Assembly: GCA_040954595.2 (NCBI GenBank)
Contig: CM082582.2
Span: 12,024,415 to 12,088,414, forward strand
Direction: 5' to 3'
From: Balanoglossus misakiensis
Taxonomy: Eukaryota; Animalia; Hemichordata
Length of the DNA stretch: 64,000 bases
Shown: one piece after another, positions 52,001-64,000 of the stretch
How the letters are laid out: each line of letters starts with the position of its first letter
Numbering within the stretch: the stretch's first letter is position 1
Program-made: the position numbers and the translations under genes
Notes under the pieces: generated by a model
Databases searched by the model: none
Told to the model about the DNA's origin: nothing
The model's input: the letters and a program-made list of their open reading frames with translations, nothing else

Positions 52001-55000
52001 CTGCGGTTAGCTTTACTGCCTGCTCTATCTAGCCCTTGCTATTCTGTGCTCAATACAGAAGCTCGCCTCTCTCAGTATTGAATTAATGTAAAGTCGCACG
52101 GAAATTAATACTGCTTTGTCCGAGCCCCCGGATTATTTTTTTTCAGTGATAAAAGTGACATTAGAGAACAATTCCTGGTGAACTTTGGTCGTGTATAGAC
52201 AAAACAACAAAGGGGTGAAATAAAACCAGGACTTCTCTCGTTCTGCATCAGCGGAAAGACGTTTGACTCGAGTCGCCGGGCGCGCGTCATCTAAGGCGCG
52301 TCGCGCGGTGCTCATCGTCATTCAGCGGGGCGCTCGCATGAATAAAATGCTGGCGCAGTTTCTTAATCCATAAAGTAAACTGGAGATCGTGATTTAGGAG
52401 TCAATGCGGCAATGCAAAATGCGGGAAGAGGGGAAATCCAGTCGTGACAGCGACGGACAGCACACGCGGTGTGATTTCCAAGTAACGCAACTAGCGCCCC
52501 GTCGTATTAGCCTAACACGTTAGTTTATGAAATTGATCGTTGAAATGAAATCGACAAATTGAATTGGTACCCGGTCACCTTGTCATAATGGACGACACGC
52601 TATCAGTTCAGCCTCACATCCGGGGAGACTTGCTACCCGGGTAAATGCACTCAAATGCAGCCAGCAATATATATATATATATTTTGCCCAGGCAATAAAC
52701 GGGAAATTTATAGATATCTACGGAAAAGCATAGATTTCACTTATTAATGTTATATTAATAGCCGGTTGGCACGCCCCGCAGACCCTAATAGCCGCTAAAA
52801 GTCCCCGCGTTAGAAAATTATGAAAGAAGTGCAGCGTCTGTAAATGCATAAAGTGCTATATAAGTAGTCCTCTGGGCCAAACAGCAATATAGCAAATTGA
52901 AGCGTTACAAGAGATGGGACGTCATATTTCCATATATGCCAATCATATATTGAGTCCCCCTGGAACGGGCACCGGGTAAAATTGAAATTCTGCGATTGTA
53001 GGTTGGTGGCACAAAGACAACTGATGAAACTGGCAGATAAAAAAATAGTTGGCGATAAAATGCCATGACAGTGGAAATTGTTTAATTCCCATTTCTCTGT
53101 GCAAATGTCTCTTATCTTCAGATCTCAGCGAAAACTCATATTTCATCTTTGGCTCGTCTGCAGCTCTTTTCTGAGTAAATACTGTTTCATTTCGTTGACA
53201 TCTATTTAAATTTCACCAGTACTCCCCTTTCTCTTTCTCCGAGTAGATTTTCTCCCTCTGACAATTACGCATCTCCCAAATACTATGCTGTGTAAAGCAC
53301 CGTCGATACCACAATATTTTAATTGGGATATGTCGTCAGACTTTCAATGAAGTAATAACCTTACACTGATTAATAGATTAATTAATTAATTAATTAATTA
53401 ATTGATTAATTAACCAACTAAATAAGCCGAAGTTGGAAAAATGTGTCACCAGGGACCCTGTGTTACGAAATCAACGGTTATTCTAAATTACATGGCTTTT
53501 ACTATTAATGGGTTTATTTTTTCTCTAGTTTGGAGAGCTGAAACGCTCTAGCATTTCCACATCGCGTGCCGGTATGGAAGAAAACACAATTATTAGCCAG
53601 TTGCGTTTAAGTCAGTTTTACCAAGACGTGTAAGCACGATCAAGTGTACGGGTTAAGACTTAGATATGCTGTTTTAATTTACAAGAAAGGCTAACTTCCC
53701 CGAGGCGGAACCCTTGAAAACACAATGGGCAACAGAAACTAAACACTGTGGTCACAACTAGGCAGCTGCCGTCTACATTGGAGATACAAATGAATTAAGC
53801 AAATCACATCTTAAAGCTTCACCGTCGTGTTTTATATTTCGTGCGCGCGCGTTCCAGCCTCGGTTCCAGAAAACAACCACCAAAGGCCATCCATGTCTGT
53901 GGCTCTGTAGGTTATATAGAATGTGACCGTTTTTACCCAAGTCATCGTGGGGACGATTGATGTGCCCAAGTGAAGTTTCCACAAATCCATAAGAAAAAGT
54001 ATGGCCTACTGAGAATTGGACGCGCGATAGCAGAACGACAGGAAAATTTATGGTTGGAAATCCCCATGCCGCTCTGCCATGGGGTTCTGATGCCAGCCTT
54101 CGCTCCTTGCACATTTGGACGCATTGTTAGGGAGGGATTACGGCAGTTATCGCTCTTGCCACTGTGTATTGCCAAGTATCGCAAATGACAATGTTTGTTT
54201 GACTAGACAGTAAAAAAGATGGAATCTTCACTTAGTAGGATAAACATTAGCAGATACACGGAGGAGTTGACTTATTAGGGTATGCTTAGGGGGACCAGAA
54301 ACTGGCGATTCGGTATTTATTTACGTCACCCAAGGGAGCCTCGGAGTGTCGGCGCTGCTCAGGTCGTCTGTCGTGGTCACTTACTGAATCCGTAGGTATT
54401 TAGTGAAAAGACGTAAATTTCTCACCTTTCTAAGTCGGTTAAGCGAGATGAGTCCCTGAAACCTTTGGCGAAAGGATTGCTGTCAATCTTCAGCCGCGTT
54501 ATCTGCATATCAAAAACAGAGGATTTGCGTTAAGAGGGGGGACAGTAGTTGTAACTTCCGATATTGTAAACTTTTTTTCTGTATTTCAGTCTAATATGAA
54601 GCATCTCAACCATAATCGTAATTTTGAGCAATTTGGTGGGTTCTGTTATTCATGGGGTTATATACGAACCTTGGGCGTATAAGATCACCATATGACCCCT
54701 GCTTAGACGTGACACTGTCATTTACACAGCTAATCTATGGGGCCGTTTGAAGAAAACACGCCATGGGGAATGTTGTTAATTTTCAAACGAAAATTGCTAA
54801 AAAGTCGAGAAAATAAAACTCTAAAATATAGAAGTACACGAATAATTCGCGAATCGACAGTATAAGCTCTTATTCATTTTGAAAAAAAAATCGCAAACTA
54901 CTTTTCCGACTTTTGAATACAAATGATTTTTATCGAAATTATGATCACTAATCTGCATGGGGTTATTAAGAGTGGTGTTAATTTCTCCATCGAAGCCCTT

Positions 55001-58000
55001 GACCTGACAAGAATTTTTCAGAAAGAGTTGTCAGCCGCGATAGAAATCGCTCGTGAAATTGCCAAGAAAATCACACATCATCACTTGAGTATAGGAGGCG
55101 AGTGGATAGCCCCGGCTCTCTGATGTTTATCTGGAAAATTGGATTGGCTTCAATCCAGTCACAGTTCCCTCACCCGTGCTTTTAAAATAAAGACTCGATA
55201 TTCTCCGAATATTGTCTCGTTCCGAGCCCGAAGGACGTGTTATGCGAAGTGTCGGAAATAAAAACGAACACTTCTGCCGGTCGGTCGAGATTTGATTTTA
55301 AATACATATGAGAGGAAAATTAGACAAGTTTGGCGTTCCTCGTACACCCTGCACTGGGTACAATGGTCAGGCCGTTGTGGCGGTGTGCGCCGTGTCATTA
55401 ATGATACGATCAGGGACGGCAGAATGGAACGACGTTGTTTGGCAGTCTCTGTCATGATGAATGAACAACACGGTTTAACCCATCAGACATCGGAGCCATC
55501 ACTCTTCTCCCGGACATGGCACGACAAGCCTGATGTAATTAATACAGCGCCGAGGAACTCACACACAGAGAGAACGGGAGCTAGTTGGTTTCCCCCGGTC
55601 ATTCACGCTTCGGGATGAGCCGCGGGCTCGTGTGCGATTTTAAAAGGGTCTTCTCTCGTTTGACTGCGACAGGTTCACGCGACAAGGTGAGAAAGAACGT
55701 CACACGTCCGAGATTTCACCTCCGGTCGACCTCTCTTTAACTTCCGACAAATACCGCTTTGCGTCGCTCTTTCATCGTGCCCGACTCGTGTGAAGTGTTT
55801 GACATGCTGAATCCGCCGAAATGACAGCGTGTTAGATATTATCCAAAAATGCGATCCCGTTAAGATTGATCAAGTTTACAACTCCATGCTTTTATGGGTG
55901 TGAAATTTAACGCATCCTGAAGCCATAATATTCAAATAAGTTTAAAGTTTTACGGGGAAAAATCACATATACTCCGATATTAAAAATAAAAGAAATCTCA
56001 GTTCGAGACGAAATGTCTTCATTGGCCACAGTCGAACAAAACAATTAAACGAATCCTTAGAAGAAAATATTTTCCAGTGCGAAATCACGCCATGGATTTC
56101 GGTCTTATTTGAAATTGTCCTGCCCTCATCAAAGCGCAGCCCCTTTATGGAAAACTGCAATGATTGTACAAGCGATAGCCACTCGCGAAATCACATTTAT
56201 TATATTTTTTACAAATCAAAATTTTATCGTTCACCCGAATCGACGTATCTGTAAGTGTCTAGATTCTGAAGATGGGCGGGAACGAGTGAGCGTTTTCCTT
56301 TCATGGTGCACGGAAATCAGAATTTGCCAAAAGGGAAAAATATTCCCTGTGTCACGAAAGTCAAGCCGTACACGTGGGTTCTTAGATATCCGGGATGGGA
56401 GTCTGAGGATTAATATGTCCCATGGTGTGAAGGGGCCTAATGAAGCCGATAAAGTTTAGACAGAGGGGACTCGACTATCGTCGTAACGAGAAATATTGGT
56501 GGATTTTGACGGATCGCTGGGATATGAGACACAGATTGTAGATAGTACATAGGTTTATGTATTTTGATAAGAAGAGAAATTGACATTTGTCTATTGGGGT
56601 TAGATGTATGTAGTCTGATTAATTCGTTACGCTCGCAAATTGTCACAAGGACTTGTGGCAAACCCATAATTTCGATAATCTGCCAAGATGTCGTCAGTGC
56701 CCGTAATGCCTCGATCTTCCCGAACCGTTATCGGTCGCGCGCTCGACAGGCGATTACAAATCTGGTGGACCTATCGTAATTTCACTTTGCGATGTGCGCT
56801 GTTTCCGATTTCGATCTGAAATTATTTTTGGGGAGGGAGGGGAATCTCGTATAAGTAGTCAGTGGGGCAAATCTAATAACGCATTCTTTATGGCAGTAGA
56901 TAAAACTTGACATGTACAACTTGGAATTTGATGCATGCGATGTGCACCATTCTGCAGAAACAGAAATTACGGCCCGGAAAAGGAAAAGAAAACGATGAGC
57001 TAAATTATCCCACTCCGATCCGACGTCGGAGTAGTACGACCTACAGCGATAAGAGACAGCGATTTAGATGAAAGTACATCCACTGCGTTTGGGATCCACT
57101 ACGTAATATGGGATGCTATAACTGTACCCGACTGACACTGCAGACGGAAGGCCATATGATAAAATTTAATGTATCATAATTCAACCGCTATCCTCACCAG
57201 ATTGTATATACTCTCTTCAAGGTTTTCTCTCACTTCAAGAGTCTCTCTCTCTCCTGAAATCACGACACAGTTGTCTGGTGGAATTTGACGACAGCGAGGG
57301 AAAACAACGTAAATACGCGCAGGCAATTTTCTGGTGTAGTGGGTCAGGGTTTTTACCAATAATGACTTCTATTTGGGTATACCATTATCACGAACCGGCA
57401 GCTGTGTGTTTTCCTTTCGCGTGGAAACGTAAAATAACAGAAAAAAATACTAACGTAGGCCTAGTCAATACTTGCTCACATTTCGCAGCTCGATAATACA
57501 CGCGCAAAAAAACCTAATGTGGCCAACCATTACGACCGGAGAATTTCAGAAAAATAAACAGGCTTGATGTTCTCGTCAGGATTTTATCGTAGAAGGGACC
57601 AGTGTACTCAGACGTAAACAAATATGTACAGAGTCAAGAGCCTTCCCATAACGACGGACAAGACAACATGATTAATTACCAGTTCAATCCAATCCACCGC
57701 ACTGTCTTTTCACAGCCGTGGATTCACTGAATTTAGATTCAGCGAACTCTGATACAAATAAACAAAAAACCGCGTCTTTCGCGTGTGTATACTAAATAGT
57801 TATGATATTTCTGTTTATCAATAATTCTCATTTGAGTACAGTTTCATGAGACTCACTTTTAAATTTTCAGCGTTATGGAACCGTGAACTAATCCGTTTTT
57901 ACGAAATGAAACTATTAGTAAGCTCGTTTTTTTGGTATAATTACAGAACAAGCTAACATCGGACTTTTTATATATAAAAAAGCAAAGATGGAGAAGGATG

Positions 58001-61000
58001 ATAATGGCATGCTAAACTTGGCATTTACTTGATGGTAGCCGAAAATAAACAGTCACGTCATCGAAAACCTATCATTGATATTTGCCGAGCAAATGGAAGA
58101 TTTTATTAAGAAGCAAACAAAACAACATGACAAATGACAATGACTGATCACAGAATTACAATTTAAGCTGGCATTAAAACCTCAGCATGTTTGGTTTTAA
58201 ATGAAAGGGAGATGACATCCCTTTCAGTTCAATAAAAGAGCTTAACATCAAATATAAACAAGAGTTTTATCTTTGCTTTCCAAAAACCGTCATCTTCACA
58301 TTCAGCAAGACAAGAACGTTAACACAGGGATATTTCTTGAATATTAATAGGGGTTAGAATCTCACTAGCTGTTTCTTTCTTGCTTGCTTGCCTCGGTTTT
58401 AAAAAGATACTTCAAAATTTAAAATTTCAGTAAATAATAGCCGGGATGCAAGATTAATTTCAACGGGAGGCGGTCGTCTGAACTACACATGCGCGACTCT
58501 TGTTTGTAAACACGACGTTGTTTCCAGAGAGTTGGTGAGACTCTCTAACCAACGGTCAATTCAAAGGAACATGGCGAGAATTAAGTAACAACACATTGGC
58601 AACCGTGTCCTGTGGGACTCATACCCGCAGCCGCAGACGAGACGACCGCCCCCCTTTAATGTTTCAGTACATGCTACATTTATTGGGTCGTGTTAAATGG
58701 CGGCACGGGGTCAAAGCGGTGGCAGAAGGTCAAAGCGATGGCGCAAGGTCAAAACACTGGCGCCAGGTCATAGTGACGGGGTCAGTGACACTTACCAGTT
58801 GATTCTGATAAGCTGTGACTGCGGTGAACATTGTTTGGGGAAAGACGAAGGTACGACATTCTTCATTCTGTAGACTGACCACTGTTGAGGAGTTGTCCCG
58901 TTTCTTGATGATATGAACTCTGGGTTGGTATCGATGCATTGAATTCAAAATGATCTGAAAGAAAATTAAAAAATATGAATAAAGGTTTGAGAAATGTTAT
59001 AAGCATTCAGTTAGAATTGCTGGCACTGCCCCCCCCCCCCCCCCAATAAAAGTTCGCATTCCTCGACAGACAGAAAACTTACAAATCATGCATTGTTTAT
59101 TGTCCACTGGTCAGTGAACGGTAAATGGCTGGTATGGTTGGTATGGTTTTGTAAGAGCGCCTGTAATTGGTTAGCAAAAAAGGGTCAATATAACGCCGTT
59201 GCTGATTAGTCGTTGGCAAACAGATCGCCATGTGGCAACTTGAAGTCAATTCAAAGAGTTAACAGTAATATACAACGCATAACTTCCATTTTTCTTAAAG
59301 GTCACAGACATCGTCAACTCAGGAGTTGGCGACGGTGGCTCGGAAAGTAAAAGACAGAACTCCCGACTGATTTCAATTCCCAGAGCCGCGGACACGTAAT
59401 TACGATTTCGCGGCATGCGCGTCGCGCGACATAAACTGACAAAGATTCTGATTCGACGGGGAGATGTTTTATTCGAGTGGTGTCAAGCCCGCTGACAGCT
59501 GAATCACGACTTTATCTATGTCTTCATCCACAACCTTTAGCTCAGGTTCAGCGGTATTTACGGAGCATTAGACCAAACTGCGTAAAGTTGAAGTCCGGAC
59601 TTAGAAATGTAAGTCCCCGTGAAAGCTGACACCATGAGGGGAACATAGATTCTCATCGCTGGGGATTCACCGGGTGTCGCGCGGAAACATCAATTTCACT
59701 CAAGCGGATCGTCCCTGGTATGGCGCATAATTGAAGATATAAACTTGTCTACAGATAGTCCCCGATCAATAGTAAAATAGATTGTCAAAATTCACAGTAA
59801 ACTTCTCAGAACCGCAAGATAATACCGCCAAACCCCACTCACAAACGTTGGTAAGCCCGGGCTCGTCTTTAATCGATCTGCGCCTGCGCGGATGCAGCGA
59901 TGTTCAGGTGGAATACTTCTTCACAAATCTGGCGATTCCGTCGAGTGGAGAGAGAAGTTTATAAACTGTAAACAATTTGCCACACAACGTCTCGCTCAGT
60001 GAGGTTATTCTGAAAATTTCAACATCGCAGAATTTATTATACAAACTCCAAGCACATAATTGGCACATAAAACAAAACGAAAAATATTAGGTAAAATTTA
60101 CATTCAGAATCGAGACCAATTTGTGTTCATTCAAGTTCTACTTAAAAGTTTTGTTAATTCACTGACAGTAGGCCTAAATTTTCACTTTTAGGCTACAACT
60201 AAAAATACTTTGAATCGATTGGAGTGGCGTGGATTTATCTCCCCGAGGTGAAGTTTATTTTAGCAGGGATCACGGATAAACCCGCTGACTGACGCTTCTT
60301 TTGTTGTGAGAGAGAAAAAATATTAATTTTTCAAAACGTAACAGTGACAGGAAGTGAGACTAGAACACCCAGAGGATGAATGAAAACATGTGATGCCAGC
60401 GCCTATGATGGGATTAATTACTTGAATATGAAAAATATTTGAAATCGAGTTCCTTTTGTGAGTAGGAAGCATCACAAAGTGGGCTATATCAATTGGTAAG
60501 TGAACCCCGCTATGGGGTTAAATCCCGCAGTCTGAGGAGTGATTGATTAGAATAAAGTACTACGTGGAGATAATTAAGTTGGCACAACACTGCCAATGAG
60601 AATGGGGCGATTGAATCTAACGCTTTGACTGTCGGTCAGGTAATTTCATAAAATTTTCGCTCATATTCCTGTCGGGGCAAGCGAAGACAATAAAACCGTC
60701 GCAGGTAATCTGCGATTCATCTCCTGCGAGTGTGTTGAGGACCGCGTGAGAGTGGCTTCAGAGGTCATTTCGACAGAAAAAAGAGAAATGTGAATGAAAA
60801 CACAGCAGAGATGTGCCTAGCTACAGTGTAAATACCCCCGATTCGTATTAATTTACGCGAATTATTACTTTTATGGGCTTAATCTCTAAATCCGATGAAT
60901 GATGGGGCAGTGTATTATGATGAAAAGTCTAATTACGGTCAATCGCGATATGTTCTCGTTTGCAAAGATCCGCACTTCAAAATAACCCGCAGTGTGTCAC

Positions 61001-63185
61001 TTGAAATGAATCACGAAATTGATCAACCCATGAAATGTTACAATGTAACAAATTCGAATCAATTTCTTGCCGGCGATATTTCAATTTGACTACGGGTTTT
61101 AGGGATCGGGTCTTGTTGCACCCAATCCAATCCGGGTTTTAAACACAATGAAGACACGCCAGTAAAACCTTTAGCCCCTTGTTACATCTATATAAGAGAT
61201 TGATTTCCTCAGAATGACAAGCGTTAAGCGAAATTAAATATAACTCTATAATATTTTATTTTGTCGGATCCGCGCTTTAACAGTGTTGCTGTAACACACG
61301 CGTGCCCGGGTTTGTAATTATACGATGCCTTTTTTGCGCGCGCAATTTGTCCAAACTCATCTCTGAACGTAATAAGTTCACACTAAATCCCACAAATTCT
61401 GCTCGTGACATGTTTTTTTTTTCTTCCAGAAATACATTTAGTAACATCACGCGCTTCCCCAGACAGATAAACGCGCGACACGTCAACGACACGAGGTCCA
61501 TTGAGACGAAGGCAATAAAGAAACCAGCATTCTGATTGGGAAAACACAAAAGAGGGATTTTCTTCCCTTTCTTCGGCTGAACAGAAAGCCGCGCATACAA
61601 GTCGCAAAACGACGATGAAATTGCTCTATTCACCAGCATTTAAGACGATGCGTCAATATTTTCTTTTGTGCGTCGGTAAATCTCGTTTGGCGATTACCAC
61701 ATAGCCAAAAAATGGTTAGGATAAATACCGAACGACCGAGTCGTGTCAGAATAACTGTCCAGTGAAACCTACATTCCCCAGTACACAGCAGCTTCAAACC
61801 GTCTGGTCTTTTTACATTGGAAGTGACGCGTAATTTCAAACATCTCTCAGTGTGGTTCTTATCGCTTGTGTATTTAGCGTATATTATATGTTTACACTGC
61901 CCATTTACGTCAATGTTAGACACGCTTTCTCATCGCGGCGACCATATTCTGTCCATCTTCGTCTGAATGTACACAACACAAGACCTCGCTCACCACACAT
62001 ACAGAACAAATGCATTGCTAATACTCATTTCGGGACTCTGGCATATTACCTTTCTACATTGAAACGTTGATATTATCATATTGGATTGCGGGGAAAAAAC
62101 GCAGGCCGAAAAGAGGATAATGGCTTCCAAAATCAATGTCATCGCATATATAGCTCGATGGCCTTTCTCGGCACTTTAAGAACTTTCTGATGGTAAGTTT
62201 TGATAAAGTTTGTAATTGAAATGAAGATGGGTGATAGATGAGGCGAGAAAGTGGCCAAGGAGAGTGTTAAGATAGCGGCCAGATCATACCCATTCTGACG
62301 TGTTAAAGTGCCTACAAAAGATCAAACGTGTCAACCTTTCACAGATATTCAAATTAACACCGGCCGTAGATTTCGGTATTGGACACGTTGTAATGAACAC
62401 AACGATTGGCGGCCGTTGTGACGTTTCTCTGTAATGACCCTACTGATTGGTCAATCGATTTGCCTGTTGTGGCATTGCGTTGGCGCATACTGACACATCC
62501 CTCCCCCGTTAATTTCTCGAAATTAACGACAAAATAACCGAATGCTGACCAGTTATTGCTTTCTTCGTACTCAACCAATAAAAAAGCTTTGTTCTTGGAA
62601 GACTCAACGTTTGCACTGTTGTCGCATACCCGTCTACAATAACGTCTACGACAAGAAACTAAGACAGGCAAACACATACACGGCCTGTTTACTGTTATAC
62701 ACACATGCATTGAGTGTTGAACATGTTTTGTTCACATCATCTCATGGGCAAAAAACAACAGTGGACAATAAAGAGGGATCGAGGTCATATAAACCAACCA
62801 AACAAACAAACAAACGATGAAATATGTAATGAAATGTAATGCACCAATATTGGTAAATTTCAATGGATAACTGACTACAACATCTATAATATGAAGATGA
62901 GAGTAACTTACGTGTCCAGTTTGGTCCAGCTCGTTATTGGTAAGTTTAAGTTTTTCAAAAGACACCATTTGTTTCTGCAGTTGCTCTCCGGTGAAGGGCG
63001 AGTCCGGGTGAATGTATAGCCTCGCCGGTAAAGGCGGGTCGGCCTTCCCGGCCACCAGCCAAGATGACCGGTGGTATGCGTAGCGATACCGCTTGTTGTC
63101 CACGGGTACGATGTCCATCAGGACCACGTAGCGGGACTCCGGATTTATGTGACTGAAGGAGACGCGAACCGTCGGAAACATACGT
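21724..63185 (-). CDS. TBX20: T-box transcription factor Tbx20 (5'-partial; first coding exons lie beyond the window)
   Basis: Exons 62912-63185, 58796-58954, 54426-54502, 22379-22509 and 21724-22061 join in frame. Tbx20-diagnostic sequences: [63 protein letters not shown] and the terminal RYH..F.QGPYA..Q.LR..SVMTPFV*. Confidence 0.96.
22168..22299 (-). CDS. Candidate optional 132-nt poly-histidine exon of Tbx20
   Basis: cacag|AG...ATAG|gttatg; symmetric phase 1-1, stop-free; encodes [44 protein letters not shown]. Splice sites are weak. Confidence 0.45.
   Translation of the reverse strand, partial: RSAIPSPSGGIIIISTTTTTTNITTITAITMVFTTMYSPTLNL
22379..22509 (-). CDS. TBX20: Tbx20 exon ([25 protein letters not shown]...DVLG)
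   Basis: Matches vertebrate RESVESLIQKHSYARSPIRTY. The nearest in-frame AG acceptor is tttcag at 22511-22510; donor gtaatt at 22378. Confidence 0.88.
25725..25958 (-). repeat. Left block (~2.5 units) of a diverged 85-86-bp repeat, inverted relative to the main satellite
   Basis: Unit ...aaatttccaaagtcaagattttgtcatttttgagcgttcatgagctataatccatg aligns to the reverse complement of the 87-bp monomer (aaatttcgcaaagtcgaaaaattgtcatttttggatgattttcatgagctataacccatg). Confidence 0.85.
25961..50603 (+). repeat. 87-bp tandem satellite, ~24.6 kb, ~283 monomers, two main variants, local higher-order repeats; intronic in Tbx20
   Basis: Consensus catgggttatagctcatgaaaatcatccaaaaatga(g/c)aatttttcgactttgcg(g/a)aatttcaaaattt(ggccga/cttcat)tttttgaaaaaa(t/c), repeated head-to-tail without interruption. 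Confidence 0.99.
50602..51076 (-). repeat. Right block (~5.5 units) of the diverged 85-86-bp repeat, inverted relative to the main satellite
   Basis: gagctataatcca recurs at 50662, 50748, 50834, 50919 and 51004 (spacings 86, 86, 85, 85). Same family and orientation as the left block. Confidence 0.92.
53368..53414. repeat. (ATTA)n microsatellite
   Basis: gattaatagattaattaattaattaattaattaattgattaattaa. Confidence 0.85.
54426..54502 (-). CDS. TBX20: Tbx20 exon ([25 protein letters not shown])
   Basis: 77 nt, atgcag acceptor, gtgag donor; T-box C-terminal NPFAKGFR motif. Not in the supplied ORF track. Confidence 0.95.
58698..58785 (+). repeat. Degenerate 19-bp tandem repeat carrying five RGGTCA motifs, next to a Tbx20 donor site
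   Basis: RGGTCA at 58708, 58727, 58746, 58765 and 58779; unit approximately TGGCGNNAGGTCAAAGCGN. Confidence 0.7.
58796..58954 (-). CDS. TBX20: Tbx20 T-box exon ([14 protein letters not shown]...[10 protein letters not shown])
   Basis: 159 nt, ttcag acceptor, gtaagt donor; canonical T-box motif. Confidence 0.95.
62912..63185 (-). CDS. TBX20: Tbx20 T-box exon (RMFPTVRV...NELDQTGH)
   Basis: cacag acceptor at 63187-63186, gtaagt donor at 62911; T-box core sequence. Confidence 0.95.
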
Positions 63186-64000
63186 CTGTGAAAATAACAG
63201 AAACAAAGCTTTGGAGTCAATTTTACATAATACAGCATGTATTCTCACATTATATGCACTTTTTGTAAAGAGGTTTATCACAGAAAAAAGTCAAATGACT
63301 CCAAAATATGCTTCAGAAAATACTGGGTCAGGGCAGGTGACGTTATCGATCTGACACGAATGCTCTCTGCACTGAAAAAAGGGGCTTCCCGTTTACACAC
63401 TGAGCGAACACCTTCACCAGACAATTTCTGTCGTTTGTGCAAATTATCAGTTCAACGCATTTGCACATAAAACGTTTCCTTACTAATCTGTTATAGACGT
63501 TAATCCGAAGATTTGAGAGAACAGTCGCGTCTAAAATTATCTATTGTCTCTATGGTAGACCGCAATTGGCGACCAAATATGGTTTCCAGAGTCAGCCGAG
63601 AATAGTTTTGGTAACGGGTAGACATGAAGTATGTCGTTGCCGTCTGTTCAATATCAACATGGAAAAAAATATGTGCCCATGTTTCAAGTTAACTCCCTTT
63701 GCTAAATGACGTCATATTTCACCACCTACCCGGTTTTTATTCGCGCCAATATTACCCGCAAAGCCATCCGGCGAGAGACGGTGGTGCTACTTGATAGACT
63801 GAACACGGCCCTTGTCATAAACGGATGTTTATACACTGTGTAGTTAGTCACCCGTAAGTATAGGTGATGGGGTGTACTTGTGAAAATGTTTTTTGTGTTG
63901 AACAACATAAGCGTTGAAAATCCGACTCGGGGGAGTTGTCTGAATGAGTCCTTCATAAACTATCGGTGTTCACGCTCCACCACATCGGCATCTGTGCCGG

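Noticed and set aside
54640-54970. Faint similarity to the satellite monomer (catggggtta, cattttgaaaaaaaaatc, ttttccgacttttg)
   Set aside because: Matches are short, AT-rich and non-periodic, and cannot be told from chance without alignment statistics.
51230-62900. Short ORFs and CpG-rich patches (e.g. 52260-52360, 55620-55800) in Tbx20 introns
   Set aside because: No coding signature. They may be enhancers, but nothing specific can be supported from the sequence alone.

Overview
Intron-rich animal genomic DNA. The Tbx20 C-terminus and PNKP exon structure are vertebrate-like, so this is probably an invertebrate deuterostome such as a hemichordate or echinoderm (inference). Left to right: (1) the 3' end of STN1/OBFC1 (CST complex, + strand, <1..701); (2) a complete 16-exon PNKP gene (- strand, 1073..7413, 637 aa), tail-to-tail with STN1; (3) a divergent 10-exon, 606-aa, bacterial-type (PheA/TfdB, RebC/RdmE-like) FAD-dependent aromatic hydroxylase with an added C-terminal membrane anchor (+ strand, 9840..13943); (4) about 7 kb of intergenic DNA with an orphan RFX/CRE/CCAAT promoter-like module; (5) the T-box and C-terminal exons of Tbx20 (- strand, 21724..63185, 5' exons outside the window). 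A 31.9-kb Tbx20 intron holds a ~24.6-kb, ~283-copy 87-bp satellite with local higher-order repeats. This array sits inverted inside an older, related 85-86-bp repeat and is possibly bounded by Kolobok-like TTAA|GGGTC termini. The many long repetitive + strand ORFs at 26-50 kb are satellite artefacts. Exon boundaries were read by hand from GT-AG sites and frame continuity. Homologies are recognised from memory and no database searches were run.
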